NCBI RefSeq assembly: GCF_964204645.1
Contig: NC_134031.1
Location: 17,595,807 to 17,659,806, forward strand
Direction: 5' to 3'
Length of the DNA: 64,000 bases
From: Tubulanus polymorphus
Taxonomy: Eukaryota; Animalia; Nemertea
The notes beneath the pieces were generated by a model, which did no database searches, was not told where the DNA came from, and saw only the letters and a program-made list of their open reading frames with translations. This document shows positions 33,701 through 56,900 of this stretch, piece by piece. The stretch's first letter is position 1. Each line of letters begins with the position of its first letter. Position numbers and translations under genes: made by a program.

Positions 33701-35266
33701 TACATACAGATGGAATTATGTGATCTGACTTTAAGTGATTGGATTTTGGAACGGAATCAGGATGTAGCTTCGTCAAGCAGTAAGTTTCCTTGCTTCTTCC
33801 TGTGTTTCTTTGCTTCATGTTTTATTCAAGTAGAACTATATACTTCTTTATTGTTCTGTGCTTAGAAGATGTTTTTGATTGCATCAAAGAGAAAATGGTG
33901 AATGGATTGTTTGTGCAGGTTTTATCCGGGTTGCAGTTTATTCACTCGAAAGGATTTATTCACAGGGATATCAAGGTATGTTCTGGGCACAGTTTTGATT
34001 ATTGGCCTCAACTTGTAAGCTAAGGTTTAGCTGATAGATGATAAAAGCTGATACCTTGATAAAGAGTGGAGTATAAGATTCATGTTTGTCAAATTGAATA
34101 TTTGAACTGCAAAATCCTCTATTTATGCCTCGTCTAATAAGAAAGTTTCTTGTTATTTCTTTTAAAGCCACGCAATATTTTCTTGAATATAAATCCGGGG
34201 AAAATTCCGACGGTGAAAATCGGTGATTTCGGCTTGGCAACGATGCGTGGAATGTTGGAGTCGATGAACTGTTCAACTGTGACCGCTGTACACACCGGGG
34301 GTGTCGGTACAGAGCCATACGCTTCGCCGGAGCAGATACATGGAAAACCGTATGATAAGAAGGTTAGGAGAACCTGTAGAGTACGATTGATAGAACACTG
34401 TATTCGTGTTGTGACGATAATGTATAGTGAATCCCACAATAAGGAAAACCAGTCGGAAAATGTTGCTGTAGCTAGTAATCAATTTTACGTTTTGACTATA
34501 TTCTAATAATCATCTTCAGGAATACTGATATTGCTGGTATTCCTGAAGATGACTATTTGTCTACAGTCGAAACATTGAATAAACTACCGGTACTAGCTCC
34601 AGTAACATTAACAGACTATTTTTCGTTATTATTGTGGAATTCTATTTACATAGCCTGAAGAGTAACTGTTCTATCCAAATAACCGTTCTAATTTCCTTTC
34701 ATTCAAATGATCTTTGATGTTTTAGAGTTTTAATGTTCATTGCGTTACAGACCGATATCTATAGTTTGGGAGTGATTCTGTTCGAGTTGTATCACCCGTT
34801 CAGTACATACATGGAAAGAGCCGATCTATTGAAAAAACTTCCGAAAGTCACTCAGATATTCAGGGAGCAGTGGTCGGGTATCGCACTGATGGTCGAACAC
34901 CTTATGGCTGTAAAACCAGCAGATCGACCATCCATTGAACAGATGCAAAACAGCAATGTATTTACGAACAAGAAGACAAAGGTATTGAGTATAAGTTAAT
35001 CGTTTGTGTAAAACGCATTTTGTAAGACTTGCAATACATCCATATTCTGTGTGAATATTCCCAGAAACTCTACGTTAATCGCTTTTTCTGCTCGATACTT
35101 TTAGAAAAGTCCGGCGAAACCTCGAGATATCGCGAAGGAGAACAAATCGCGAGTCGACCAATTATTGGACGAAAACAAGAAGCTCAAGTTGCAGCTTATA
35201 CAGAAAGATCGAATGATAGAAATGCTGCAAAAGAGTCTGGCAGCTAAAAATACATCATCACGATGA
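30765..35266 (+). CDS. EIF2AK1: eIF2-alpha kinase 1 (HRI orthologue), ~13 coding exons
   Basis: N-terminal EYD|ESD...LMMLSLLEYIC...QKLFK|VLC...DEMRSIR (HRI NTD), SRYFNDFVELLRLGKGAFGFVFK, DGQLYAVKKI, long kinase insert, LYIQMELC, IHRDIKPRNIF, VKIGDFGLA, HTGGVGTEPYASPEQ, DIYSLGVILFEL and a C-terminal coiled coil. Confidence 0.88.
34539..34580 (+). ncRNA. Minimal hammerhead ribozyme-like motif in an EIF2AK1 intron
   Basis: AUUC-CUGAAGA-U-GACU(auuugucuac)AGUC-GAAA-CA-UU^GAAU, preceded by an inverted partial copy catcttcaggaatac (34511-34525). Confidence 0.55.
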
Positions 35267-36029
35267 GAACGAATTTGATATTAATATTTGATATTGATAT
35301 CATATTGATATTAATTTATTATTAGTTAATGTATCGGTAGTTCATAGTTTTTGCACGCGAGATGTGTGGTCATGTTTGATGTACATGCTCATGTACACGT
35401 CATAATATATGAACGTGGTCTTCCAATGCATTTTACATTCAATCATGAAATTGATTAACGGTATCTGAAAAGAAACTTTCATTCCCCGTAACCTGTGAAA
35501 ATGTATTTTTCCTGTAGGTTTATATGTTTATAAATGTGTTTGAATGGCATTTTATGTATGTGTCCGAATTTGAGAATGTGAAAAACTGCCAAAGTTCGTT
35601 GTGAGTATGTGTGTGAATTGATATGCAATATTGACATGTTTAAACGATATACTTTTGTTATTTCATTGACAAATAAAAAGATAACGGTAATTTGGTTAAC
35701 TACTGTGTTTATGGCGTTGGTTCATATTCGTTTCATCATAACTATATCGCAAGAGCTATCGAAGCTCTCTCTTTGATTTCGTGAAGGAATGTACAGATTT
35801 TAAGCCGTCACATGTTCATTGTTTGCAGCATTATAAATGTATACATATTGGCAACAGAACGTTTTTATGGTGTTTCTAGTAATGAACGAACAAGTGTATC
35901 TGACATCCCAAATATAAAACAAATCGTTACGGCAATCTAAGTATGAAAAACAAGGTGTATAGCGAAACACTAGTGAAAATGAGAGAAGAGAGGTCGCATA
36001 GCCTTGGAACTCAGGAGAATTGATATCGG

Positions 36030-38656
36030 ATGAAAATGATTTCTTTGGTATCAGCTTTTCGGGCTTTCTTATTTTTTGTGTTCATGACCTATGCAGGTGA
36101 GTATATAAGTACAGTGCCCGGTTTTATAGACTGGTATTAGCTTTTTACCCAGGGGTTAACTCAATTGAAGATGAATGAAGTTGAGTTAGGCCCCGGTTTA
36201 AAGTTAATACTAGTTTATAAAACCGGATCCTGGGCCCAGTTTCACAAAAAAAGTTTTACTCAAATTTTTGGTTCAATTGGTTACTTCATGCAGGCTCCTA
36301 ATTCATGTTGTCAATGAGGACAACAATTCAAACTTAACCGTTTTTGTCTTCGGTGAATAGAATATTTTTATTCATGATTCATGTCTTATATTTAGTTGCT
36401 ATCGATTTGACGATGACGGTCGAGCCGAAAGCGATCGTCACATATCAACTGACGTCAAATGGTGCTCTGATATCGGTCCCGGAGAACACGTCGCTGGCCC
36501 TTACGTTTGACGCATCTGCTGGACTCGCAGCAGACGACAAAATCGTTAGATATACATTCAGTCGAAATACCGATCAGAATTTTACGTGGGTTCGTCCGTT
36601 AGGCGATATCATCGGGGAAAAAAGGACTGGAAATAAGCTTCTAGTGACGTTTCCCAACATTGAGCGAACCTCGTCTGGTAATTTCTCATGCGAGGCAACG
36701 TCTAAAGAGGAAGGCGTGGCAGCACTCAATTTCACTATTTTGGTTTCCTGTAAGTTTCTGCTAGCTCCGCACGGAGATCAAGTTGGATGAATTTTTTTTC
36801 ATGTAGCTCCTACAATAATTCTCCAGAATAATTTTTCCCGTTCTCCAACGTAAATCGATGACCGTGAAATCAATGATAAATTTCTCAAAATCTGTTTTGT
36901 ATCCATTTGGTATCGATTTCATTGTGTTTCATTTCTTTTTCACTGATGCCAGATTTACCGGACGACTTGAAATTGTCGATCCAACCGTCAGATACTGTTT
37001 TAGTCGGCTCATCGCTAGAGGCTAAATGTTCTGCGATCAGCTACCCGCAACCGGTAAATATGGCCTGGTATGATCGGTTGGCAACGGCTCCCACCTCACC
37101 AGACACGGACTCGTGGGTTAAAATGGATTCAACCAGAACGAACGTTCTCGGTATACCTAGCAATTTTCATCGGGTACAAGGAATGAGGAGCACTACCTTG
37201 ATGATGATAACCGTTGATGAAAAATCGAATGGTACCAAATTCAAATGCGAAGCTGAATTTCCGGGAAGAGCTTTTAAGAAGGAGTTTTCACTGAAAGTTC
37301 TGGGTAGGTCTACCTCAAACAAACGAAAACCATGAGCAAAATTGTTCAATAAGTCTTTTTAATAATAAAACTCGTATACAGTATAAGTCCTTTATTATAA
37401 TGCCACTGCTGGGAGCAATGAAAAACATATGAGGTTATAACTAATTTGGCGTTGTAAGGATTGGTATTTTCATTGCATTTGGGTAAGATCTAGCAGATCT
37501 GTTCTCTGATAAAAATGTTGGCGTTAAATGAGCAGTGGCGTTAAAAGGATGAGGGCGTTTACAGCGGACTTTGACTGTAGTTCCAATGAAGAATTGGCAT
37601 ATATATATATATTATCTCGCAGATCATGGAGATTTCTTAGAACACTTGGAGAACCGCGTCAGTTTAGCTCAAACGGATGACGGTGAGGTTGTCATATCAG
37701 CACCGCATTTCCTCGGATACAAACTCGAATTGAGACACTGTGTTGTTAGTTCCGGTGAATGTTCCACGTGCCAAGAAGGTTCCGAGTCCCAGGAGGTTAT
37801 CGGGCTGAATTGCACGTTCCATACCAACCCGAAACAACTCAATACCTTTCAGCTATTCGTCGAAGATGTCGATCTAGGAAAATTAATCTTCATAAAAAAG
37901 CTCACTCCGGATAAAGGTGAGGAGGACATTGGTCGGATTACAACCAGTCACAGTAGAGAATGATGCCCTGTGCAAAATATTACTTAAAGATTTACCATAT
38001 ATGATTGAATCGTAGGGAGACAAACAATTGGGCTCTTAAAATAGGGATTGACCCTGTTACCCATTTGATTGGTAGATTGTATTTGATTTATTTTGATTTG
38101 ATTTGGTTTCGTCCCTTAAAAACCGCCGGGAACGAAACAGGGGGTTTGATTTTGAAATCGGGAATCGAAGTACATAAAATGTGTGTGTGTGTGATCGGCA
38201 TTTGAAACTTAAAACACTTATCTTTTTAAAGGTGGATTAAGTGGTTCGGCTATCACTGCCACTGTGGTCGGTTCGTTGGTTGCCGTTGGTCTTTTCGGCA
38301 CATTGGTTTTCCTGATTATGCGCGATAGTGAGTATAGATTTCGAACTGTCTTTTCGAACAAGTAAAATCACAGTTTTCATTAATTGCTGTCCGTTGTATA
38401 TTTATTTCTTTCAAGAAAAATTTACCTGGGAGAAAATACCCTGAATCATATAAATACAAAAGTAGTACTGTTTTTGCCTGAATACGTTTGGTAAGCTTTT
38501 GGAGATTATCGCTGACACCGTGGCACGTGTGGGGCCTATCTGAATCGGTATTGAATGTGTTTTCTGTTTTCAGATAAATCAGCGAAAGCGATTCTAATCT
38601 ATGAACAGTGTGTACGTCATCACGACACATTAAGACCGCGACAAACTGTAGCCTAA
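36030..38656 (+). CDS. Type I membrane immunoglobulin-superfamily protein; exons 36030-36096, 36396-36749, 36953-37303, 37623-37916, 38232-38327 and 38574-38656
   Basis: Signal peptide exon, Ig-like exons with SGNFSCEA and NGTKFKCEA F-strand motifs, all phase-1 introns, TM exon (AITATVVGSLVAVGLFGTLVFLIM) and a short tail ending RQTVA. Confidence 0.78.
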
Positions 38657-39608
38657 TCGTGCAAAATGGAAAGTCCACGTTACCGATATCGCATGAATTA
38701 TCTGTGTATAGTAGCTGTTATGCAAAAATAGAAGAAAATTTACTCACAAAATATACCAACTTTGTTTTGTCTTATTTCCTATTGCGATCTCTGGTATCAT
38801 CATCATCGGTTAACTGATCCACAATGTCGGTACCGTTGTCGGTGCAGACGATGCGGGCAAAATGCAAATGACAGCCCCGACGCACTGACATTTGGCCAAA
38901 TATAGTGCCTTGGCCAGAGATTTGGCAAAATCAGATTTTGTAATTTCAGATATCCGATCGGTACCCGTCCAATTTAGGATTCCAATTTTTCTTTTATTGC
39001 TGTTCTGTTGGTTGGTTGAAAATAACAATCAAACCTTCAAACTGTGTAAACTTCAAACCGTTTTAAGCTGAACCCAGTAAAAATCTACCGTGTCGGCGTG
39101 TGCCGCGGCGCACTGAAATCCACCAGTTGTCATAAGAAATAGAACCTCTTCGACCGGCTTATGACTGGTCTGCGATCAGTTTTAACGACCAGGTCAGTGA
39201 TCAATTTTTATGATCTTAAGTACATTCGTGCCGCAAAAATTCTCCAACTGGATAATAGACGACTCTGGCCGCTGACTCGACTAGAATGTAACAATTATAA
39301 TAAAGTAATTTTGAATTTGAAATGTATGGATGCCCTTCACATTTGCATGTTCTCGGAGCCGTCCTTCGCTAGCTTTTTCAACATATTGTATTGGATAGTG
39401 ATTTGTATTTGAAATTTATTGATCAAGCTTTTCATTTTTTCTGTGCTGGACATGATTATTTAATTTTTCTTTTTAGCACATTCAATCGTTTCTGTTTAGC
39501 CAGCCTATGTCGGTTTATTTATCAATATCCGACCTATCCGTCTTCTTGCTGTCTCTGAATCCGTTGAATTAGTTACAACAAAGATTAAGAAGCTGCCACA
39601 GCCAGACA

Positions 39609-50549
<10,941 letters not shown>

Positions 50550-50954
50550 AACAGACAATAGCGAATTGATTTGATCTGGAATCAACATCTCAAATTATAA
50601 TGTCGCTTTAAATTGATGATTTATTAACATTCTGTTTGTAAAAAATTTAGTTTTGAATGGATTCTGAATAAATGTTTTCTTGTAATATAATTTATGTTTT
50701 AAATCAACTTCATTTTGTCGGATGGTTTGCGAGAGCAAAATTAGTCCATGGGAGGAGAAGGTTTGGAGGATGGAATTACATATGAGCTTCTCGGATCATA
50801 AACCAGAATTTATTTATTCAAATAGTTATCTATTGCATTTGTGTTATCGGATGTAGATTTTTAGTGCAATAAAATAGCTGAAGATACTCTGTAATGTAAA
50901 CCCGCAATAATAGTGAGATTACTAATTGAACCGTACAGTGGCGCCACTTTCAAA

Positions 50955-53900
50955 ATGGCCGCCTCCAGTAAAAAAAGTAAAACCGACGTGCAAAAGAATG
51001 ATTCGGACGTTACAGAAAAAATAGAACGACCAGACCCATACTCATCGGTAACATTATTAAAATGAAACATTCCTTAATGCAATCGGCCTTTATATTTGAC
51101 ATGCAAACCAGTCGCAGTTGAGTACAACCCCCACCAACTAGCCAACAACCACTAAACGCTGCACTGCCGCCTGCAGCTTACACTACTCTACTCGCTATAG
51201 GCCTACCACCCTACTTACTACGCCTAACTAGTAAGCGCACAAAAAAGTTCACACGATTTTAAAAACGTGTTTTCTGTAGTAAGTCAAGAGTATAGCCCCT
51301 TGGTGTTGCTGATGTTTAGATGTGTTGATGTCGATTTCACAAAAACAAAAAATGATGATGGATCACAGTAGGCGCCAACAGTCAGTGGCGTTGGAACAGC
51401 AATATTTTACTGAATGATGCTTTTTTTCTTTGAATACCACGTTTTTGAAGAAATTAAGTAAATTTGACGCGGCAATATTTAGAACCTGTTCAAAATCGGC
51501 ATTTGACAGTAGCAATTAAACATTGCTTACTTACTAGGCGCCTGCTATAGGCATTTAGTCCAGTAGCCTACCTAGCCGTCGTTCCCCAAACAACCCATGA
51601 CAACGACTGGTATTTAAACTATATAGGCATATAAATGAAACTGCTAGTTAAATGAGATTACTGTATTTTCTTTTTCAAACCTTAGGGAGGTGCTTGGAAA
51701 AAATGGAATACACAAAGTAAGATATTGTGACCTATCTACAATGGGACCTTATCATTAAAACCAACTTCTGTATAACAACTAAAAGCTGGTATCGGGAAGA
51801 CATGATCATATCAGATCTATCAAACAACAAATCCAACAGTAATGGTTTTAAGGAATTTCTTTTCTCGGTTAAATTTCACGAGAAAGTTAAAGCTAAAATA
51901 GTTGAGTTCTAATTTTAGTTTTACACATTGGAAACATGACGTAACCAATAGAGTTTTAACTTTGTCATGAAACTAAACCCTGCCCTTTGAAGTTCGTCAT
52001 AATGAGGTTCCACTGTCGTACACTGAAACCGTCGTAAATCGATGAAATCAACTTCGATGAAAATCGTCACAATCCTTTCAAAACTCAATTTTCAGTTCGT
52101 GCCGAAAAAAGAAAATGGAAAGAAGAGAAACTTATCAAGAAATTAAAATCGAAAATCAGGAAAAAGGAGGCAGCTGAAAAACAGGCAAACGATGAAAAAG
52201 AAGTTGCAGTTACTAAGGGTAGGATTATGATGGATTTTGTTGATTCTTCCTTGTAGAGTACCAGTCCTATAACTTTTTTATGATTTTAGAGAGTTTCTTT
52301 AACGGTTAACGGGATCCTCCATTGTCAGTTTACCACATCAGAGTTTGCTATCAAAATTTAAGCTAGAATAGAGCCAGGTCACTTTTGTAAACTACACTAG
52401 AATTTGTAATCAGTTAATTTCTATAACTGCTGCATCCGATACAGAATAATCTGTGAATTTTCACCGAAAATAAAGTAATTTCATACTAGATGTCATGAAT
52501 GAGCAGAATTTCTTGTTCTCTGCTGGAACTTGGAGTAGGCCTAATCATTCGACAAATGATCTGGCCATAATTACATAACAATCAATTGTTAATGACGATT
52601 TCATTGGAAGGGTAAAGATTATAATCAACAACTAGTCATAATTTGTTTTATAGGCTATGTATTGAATTGTTGAATCAGTAAGATCACAATACCTCGTCAT
52701 TTGGAATGTGAAATCCCACATTATTGAAAGACTATAAAGTTTATTTCAAAAACGAGTCATATGAGTCTTCTTCATTGAAAAATGTTATGTTTAGACTGAA
52801 GAAGGGTCGTAGGTACTGAAACATTTCTAGTGCAGTAGACTCAGCTGAAGTCAGGTCTCTTGGAACCATGAAAATGTGATCAGCTTGTGTGATATCCGAG
52901 TTGGATGTTATGTATTTCATGAATTGTGTAACAAAAAATATTTCAACAAAAATCCGAGTTGAACAGTAATCGGAGTTGATTGGATCTTACTCGGGCAGAG
53001 TCTACTGTATTTTGAATTCAAATTTTAGTCTTTCAACAACTGTGGGATTTTACATTCATTTTAGGTACTGAATTAGATTTTCGTATTTAATCATAGAAAT
53101 TCAGGCGTCATCGCTACATTCGTATTGGTTGTTACGGTCAAAATCATCGAATTCAAAATTGTTAATCGGTATGGCTTATTTTCAAGGGCCACAATTCACA
53201 GTAAGCATAGCAGTTCCTGGTTCGATATTAGATAATGCACAGTCAACTGAGCTACGCACATATCTGGCCGGACAGGTGATATAATATTCCATTAATCGTT
53301 TTGAGAATTCATCTTTCGGTTAAGTATACACTAAGTGAATGTGTTTCATTGTATGCTATGTACATGTGTATATTCTAGATTGCTCGTTCAGCTGTCGTTT
53401 TCAACGTGGATGAAATAATAGTTTTCGACGAAACGGGAACGTTGACCAAGTTAGTATTCATACGCGAAAATTAAATTATTCGAAATGAATTTCTAGAAGA
53501 ATACGTGAATGAATCGTCGCTTTCCGAGATATAGATTTGATAATTACACTAGACCCTCGGAATCCGCAAGATCATCCAATGTCTAAGAAATTTTGTTTTT
53601 CCAAAAATTGGCTTTCTTACTAAAGGTCAATTTTCTGGGTTATAAGTTTACCAGGCGACAAGAAACGAACTGATCTAAAGAAATGTTTCCGAGTTTTTCT
53701 GCGCGATTCCCAGGTGTATAGTTATGAGAGTCTGCAGTACAACTAGTTAATCTCCTTATAAGAACATTTGACTTTGATTTCCTCTAGGACTGAAGATGGT
53801 GATCTAACTTCCGCACAAAAAGAAGGCAAAGCGAATCTACAGTTGGCGCGTATTTTACAGTATTTGGAATGTCCGCAGTATTTGAGGAAAGCATTATTTC

Positions 53901-56900
53901 CACGACACAAAGATCTACAATACGCCGGTCAGTGTTTCATCATTTATTTATCGTTGACGAAGAAAACGTCTGCAACGGGATAACGGCGCTTATGAGAAAA
54001 CTCAATTTGAATTTGAACCAAAATGTAGAAGAAATTGAAGCGCAGTTACTCGGTAACCAATAGCGAACCTGACCGATCGTTGCAGAATCCTCACTTGCCA
54101 CAGTAGCAGTTCCGGTATCCTAATGTATGGAAAATAATGGTGACAAATTAGTTGCTCTTTATACAAATTTGGAATCATTGTTGATGGAAAAACAGGGCAT
54201 AGGTAGCTTTAGATACGGGTTTAGCATTTTTGATATTAAGTTTTTGAAGTTAATGGCCGTTCATCGAAAGGATTTATACCGGTAGTAGACTCTTCTCTGC
54301 GACAAATAAATCTGCTCTGAAGCACATGAATTCTGGGGCAGTTGGAGCAATAATTGGTTGTCATCACATGAATCAGAATGGGGAGATTTTGAGAATTTTG
54401 CCCAGGTGATGCAATAATCAAGATGAAAATGGAAAACATTAGCATCTGGACAGCTACACTTGACATATGCTGGAAATCAGTATTATAAATCAACACAAAG
54501 TACATACGTATATGATATCATAAGAATCAGTATCTAAAATATATGTGGGATAGATTTTATTTCGCAACTTCAAATAATAAAAGAATTTATCTATAACAAC
54601 AAATTGGAATGCATTTGTAGAAAAACTGTGGAACCTCGTTGCAACGGAGGGGATGAGAAAATCTGTTCGTTATAACCGATAGTTCGGTATATCCAGTATG
54701 AAAGCAATTAATATTGGTACGAAATTATAGGTTCGTATTAACCGATAAATCGTTATATCTGAGGTCGTTAAAACGACGTTCCACCGTAGCCTTGTTTGTA
54801 AATGCGCCCAGCTTCGGCTCGTTAAAGCATTTTTTTGATTAGTTCGGGATTAGGTTCGGCGAGCCGTACAACGTCTGTCGAAATATCCGACCCATCGTCG
54901 AGTTGATCAGTTTGATGTCGTTATCGTTATGTTCGATGTTGTGCCATCGATAGTAAAGATGAACGGCGTAGTTTTTACTGTAATCGTAATTAGAACCTGG
55001 GTTGTACATCAGTTTACGTTCCTCCGGTCTCCAATTCGGTCGATGCAGGCTATTTCGTTCGATTTGTATCAGTTGCGGGTATTTTTTAGCTAGTTGCGCC
55101 GGTACGACGACCGAGTGAACCGCCCACTGAGCGTCGCTGAAATTTTTGTACTCGTTGTGCCAAATTTTTAGAAACTCGGCCTGCGGCGCCGAGATGATGA
55201 TACCGTTGCAAAGCATCATCGGTTCTTCGAGGCCCATCGTCATCGGGAACTTGCGCAACGGGTCCATCGATTTGAGCACGATGACGTCCAGGTCGGTGTA
55301 GATGCCGCCGTACGCGAGCACCGCTTCCAAGCGAACGACGTCGGATTTGTGTTCTTGAACGCGAATCGAATTGCCGTATATCGACGTCGGGCCCGGTCGA
55401 TGCACGGGACGCACGTTCGGTATCAGTTTCAACGTGCGCGCCCAGATCGGGCCGCGCGGCATCGTCTCGTACCACAGATAAAGCGCTTCGGGTTTGTTGT
55501 TCTTGTACGCGCTGAGCAGACTGAGCATGTGGTGAAAACGGAAGTTCATACGATTCGGCCGGTCGTCGTACCACGTATAGTGCATGACGTTCGGCACGAG
55601 AAATCCCGGTTGCGGTTTGTGAACGTGCATGCGTTTCTTCTCGCCGGTTGCCGGTATTTCGTACATCCATTCGGCGTTTAACTCGATCTCCGCGCGCGGC
55701 GGATTAACGTTTTGTTTAACCGGCGTTTTTTGTTTAACCGATGTTTTCGTCGGTTTTATCGTTCGCGCGACGATCGTGTTTTTCGTTTGATGATGTCGCG
55801 AACGATGATCTCTGTATAAACACACGACCAGTATCGTTATCGCGACGATCATTAGGAATTTCAACCGGCTCGGCAGCGACATTTTCTAGAAAGATAAAAA
55901 GCGGAAATTTTCGTCATATTTTATGATCGATTCGCATTTTACAGGCCTATAATATGCCCCAGATTTTACGATAAAATCCCACTATCTACAGATTAAAAGA
56001 ATTTAAAAACAAGAATTTATTTATTCAGGTGACACCTGACAATGATCTCTAGGGTGAGATCGAAACGTCGTGTATTCTTCATATTTTAGATTGAATAAAT
56101 AAATTCTTGTTTTTAAATTCATTTAATCTGTAAATAGTGGGTTTTTATCTTATTATCCGTTCACCACGTTTGAGTGTGGTTATCGTTCTATTATGTTGCC
56201 CGAGATTTGAATAGAGTAAACGTTGTCCAGCTCAGACAAACTGAGACCGGCGAAATTGTTGATAACTTTCGATTGAGTCTAAAAGTGCTTTACGAAATTC
56301 TTTCGGTGCAAATTATTTCAAAGATGGCGTAAGTATTAGCGAAACGATCAATCAAAACTAAAATCGTGTATAATGATTTAGGCTGCTGATCTTAAAAGAT
56401 AGGAAAATACGTTAGGAAGTTTGAAATGTCTCAGTTAGTTAAAATCCGAGTTGACCATGTAAGGCGAGATTTACTGAATGATCATCAAATTTTATTAGGG
56501 CAAAAAGTAAATGATACAGGGCTTGTTTCACACCTAATCGGCCGGGTAAATTTTGTAAACTGCGATAAAGTTTGTAGTCACTTTATTCCTATAACTGCCA
56601 AACGTCTGTTATGGTTAGCTTGATCATTGATTTTACAAAAAGTAATGTACAGGGTGGATAGGCAGCCGGCCGCATCAACTTTTAAGCTCAGCAGAAATGC
56701 GAAATGAGGTATTATAATTTTTTTTAGCCTAGATTAGATTGATTAGAAATTCAGAATATCCTATACCTGATCAAGCCCAGCGGTATCCAATCATCTATCC
56801 CACTAGATTGAGCATTGGGCCTACAGTCTAATTTTGTAAGCATGCGTGTGTATGGCTTATCTAAGGAGACATGACCAGATGATTGCCTTGATCGAAACGC

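Noticed and set aside
56426-56458. MSQLVKIRVDH|gtaagg as the first exon of the PCGF fragment
   Set aside because: The resemblance to PCGF N-termini is only vague, and no connecting CxLCxGY exon was found.
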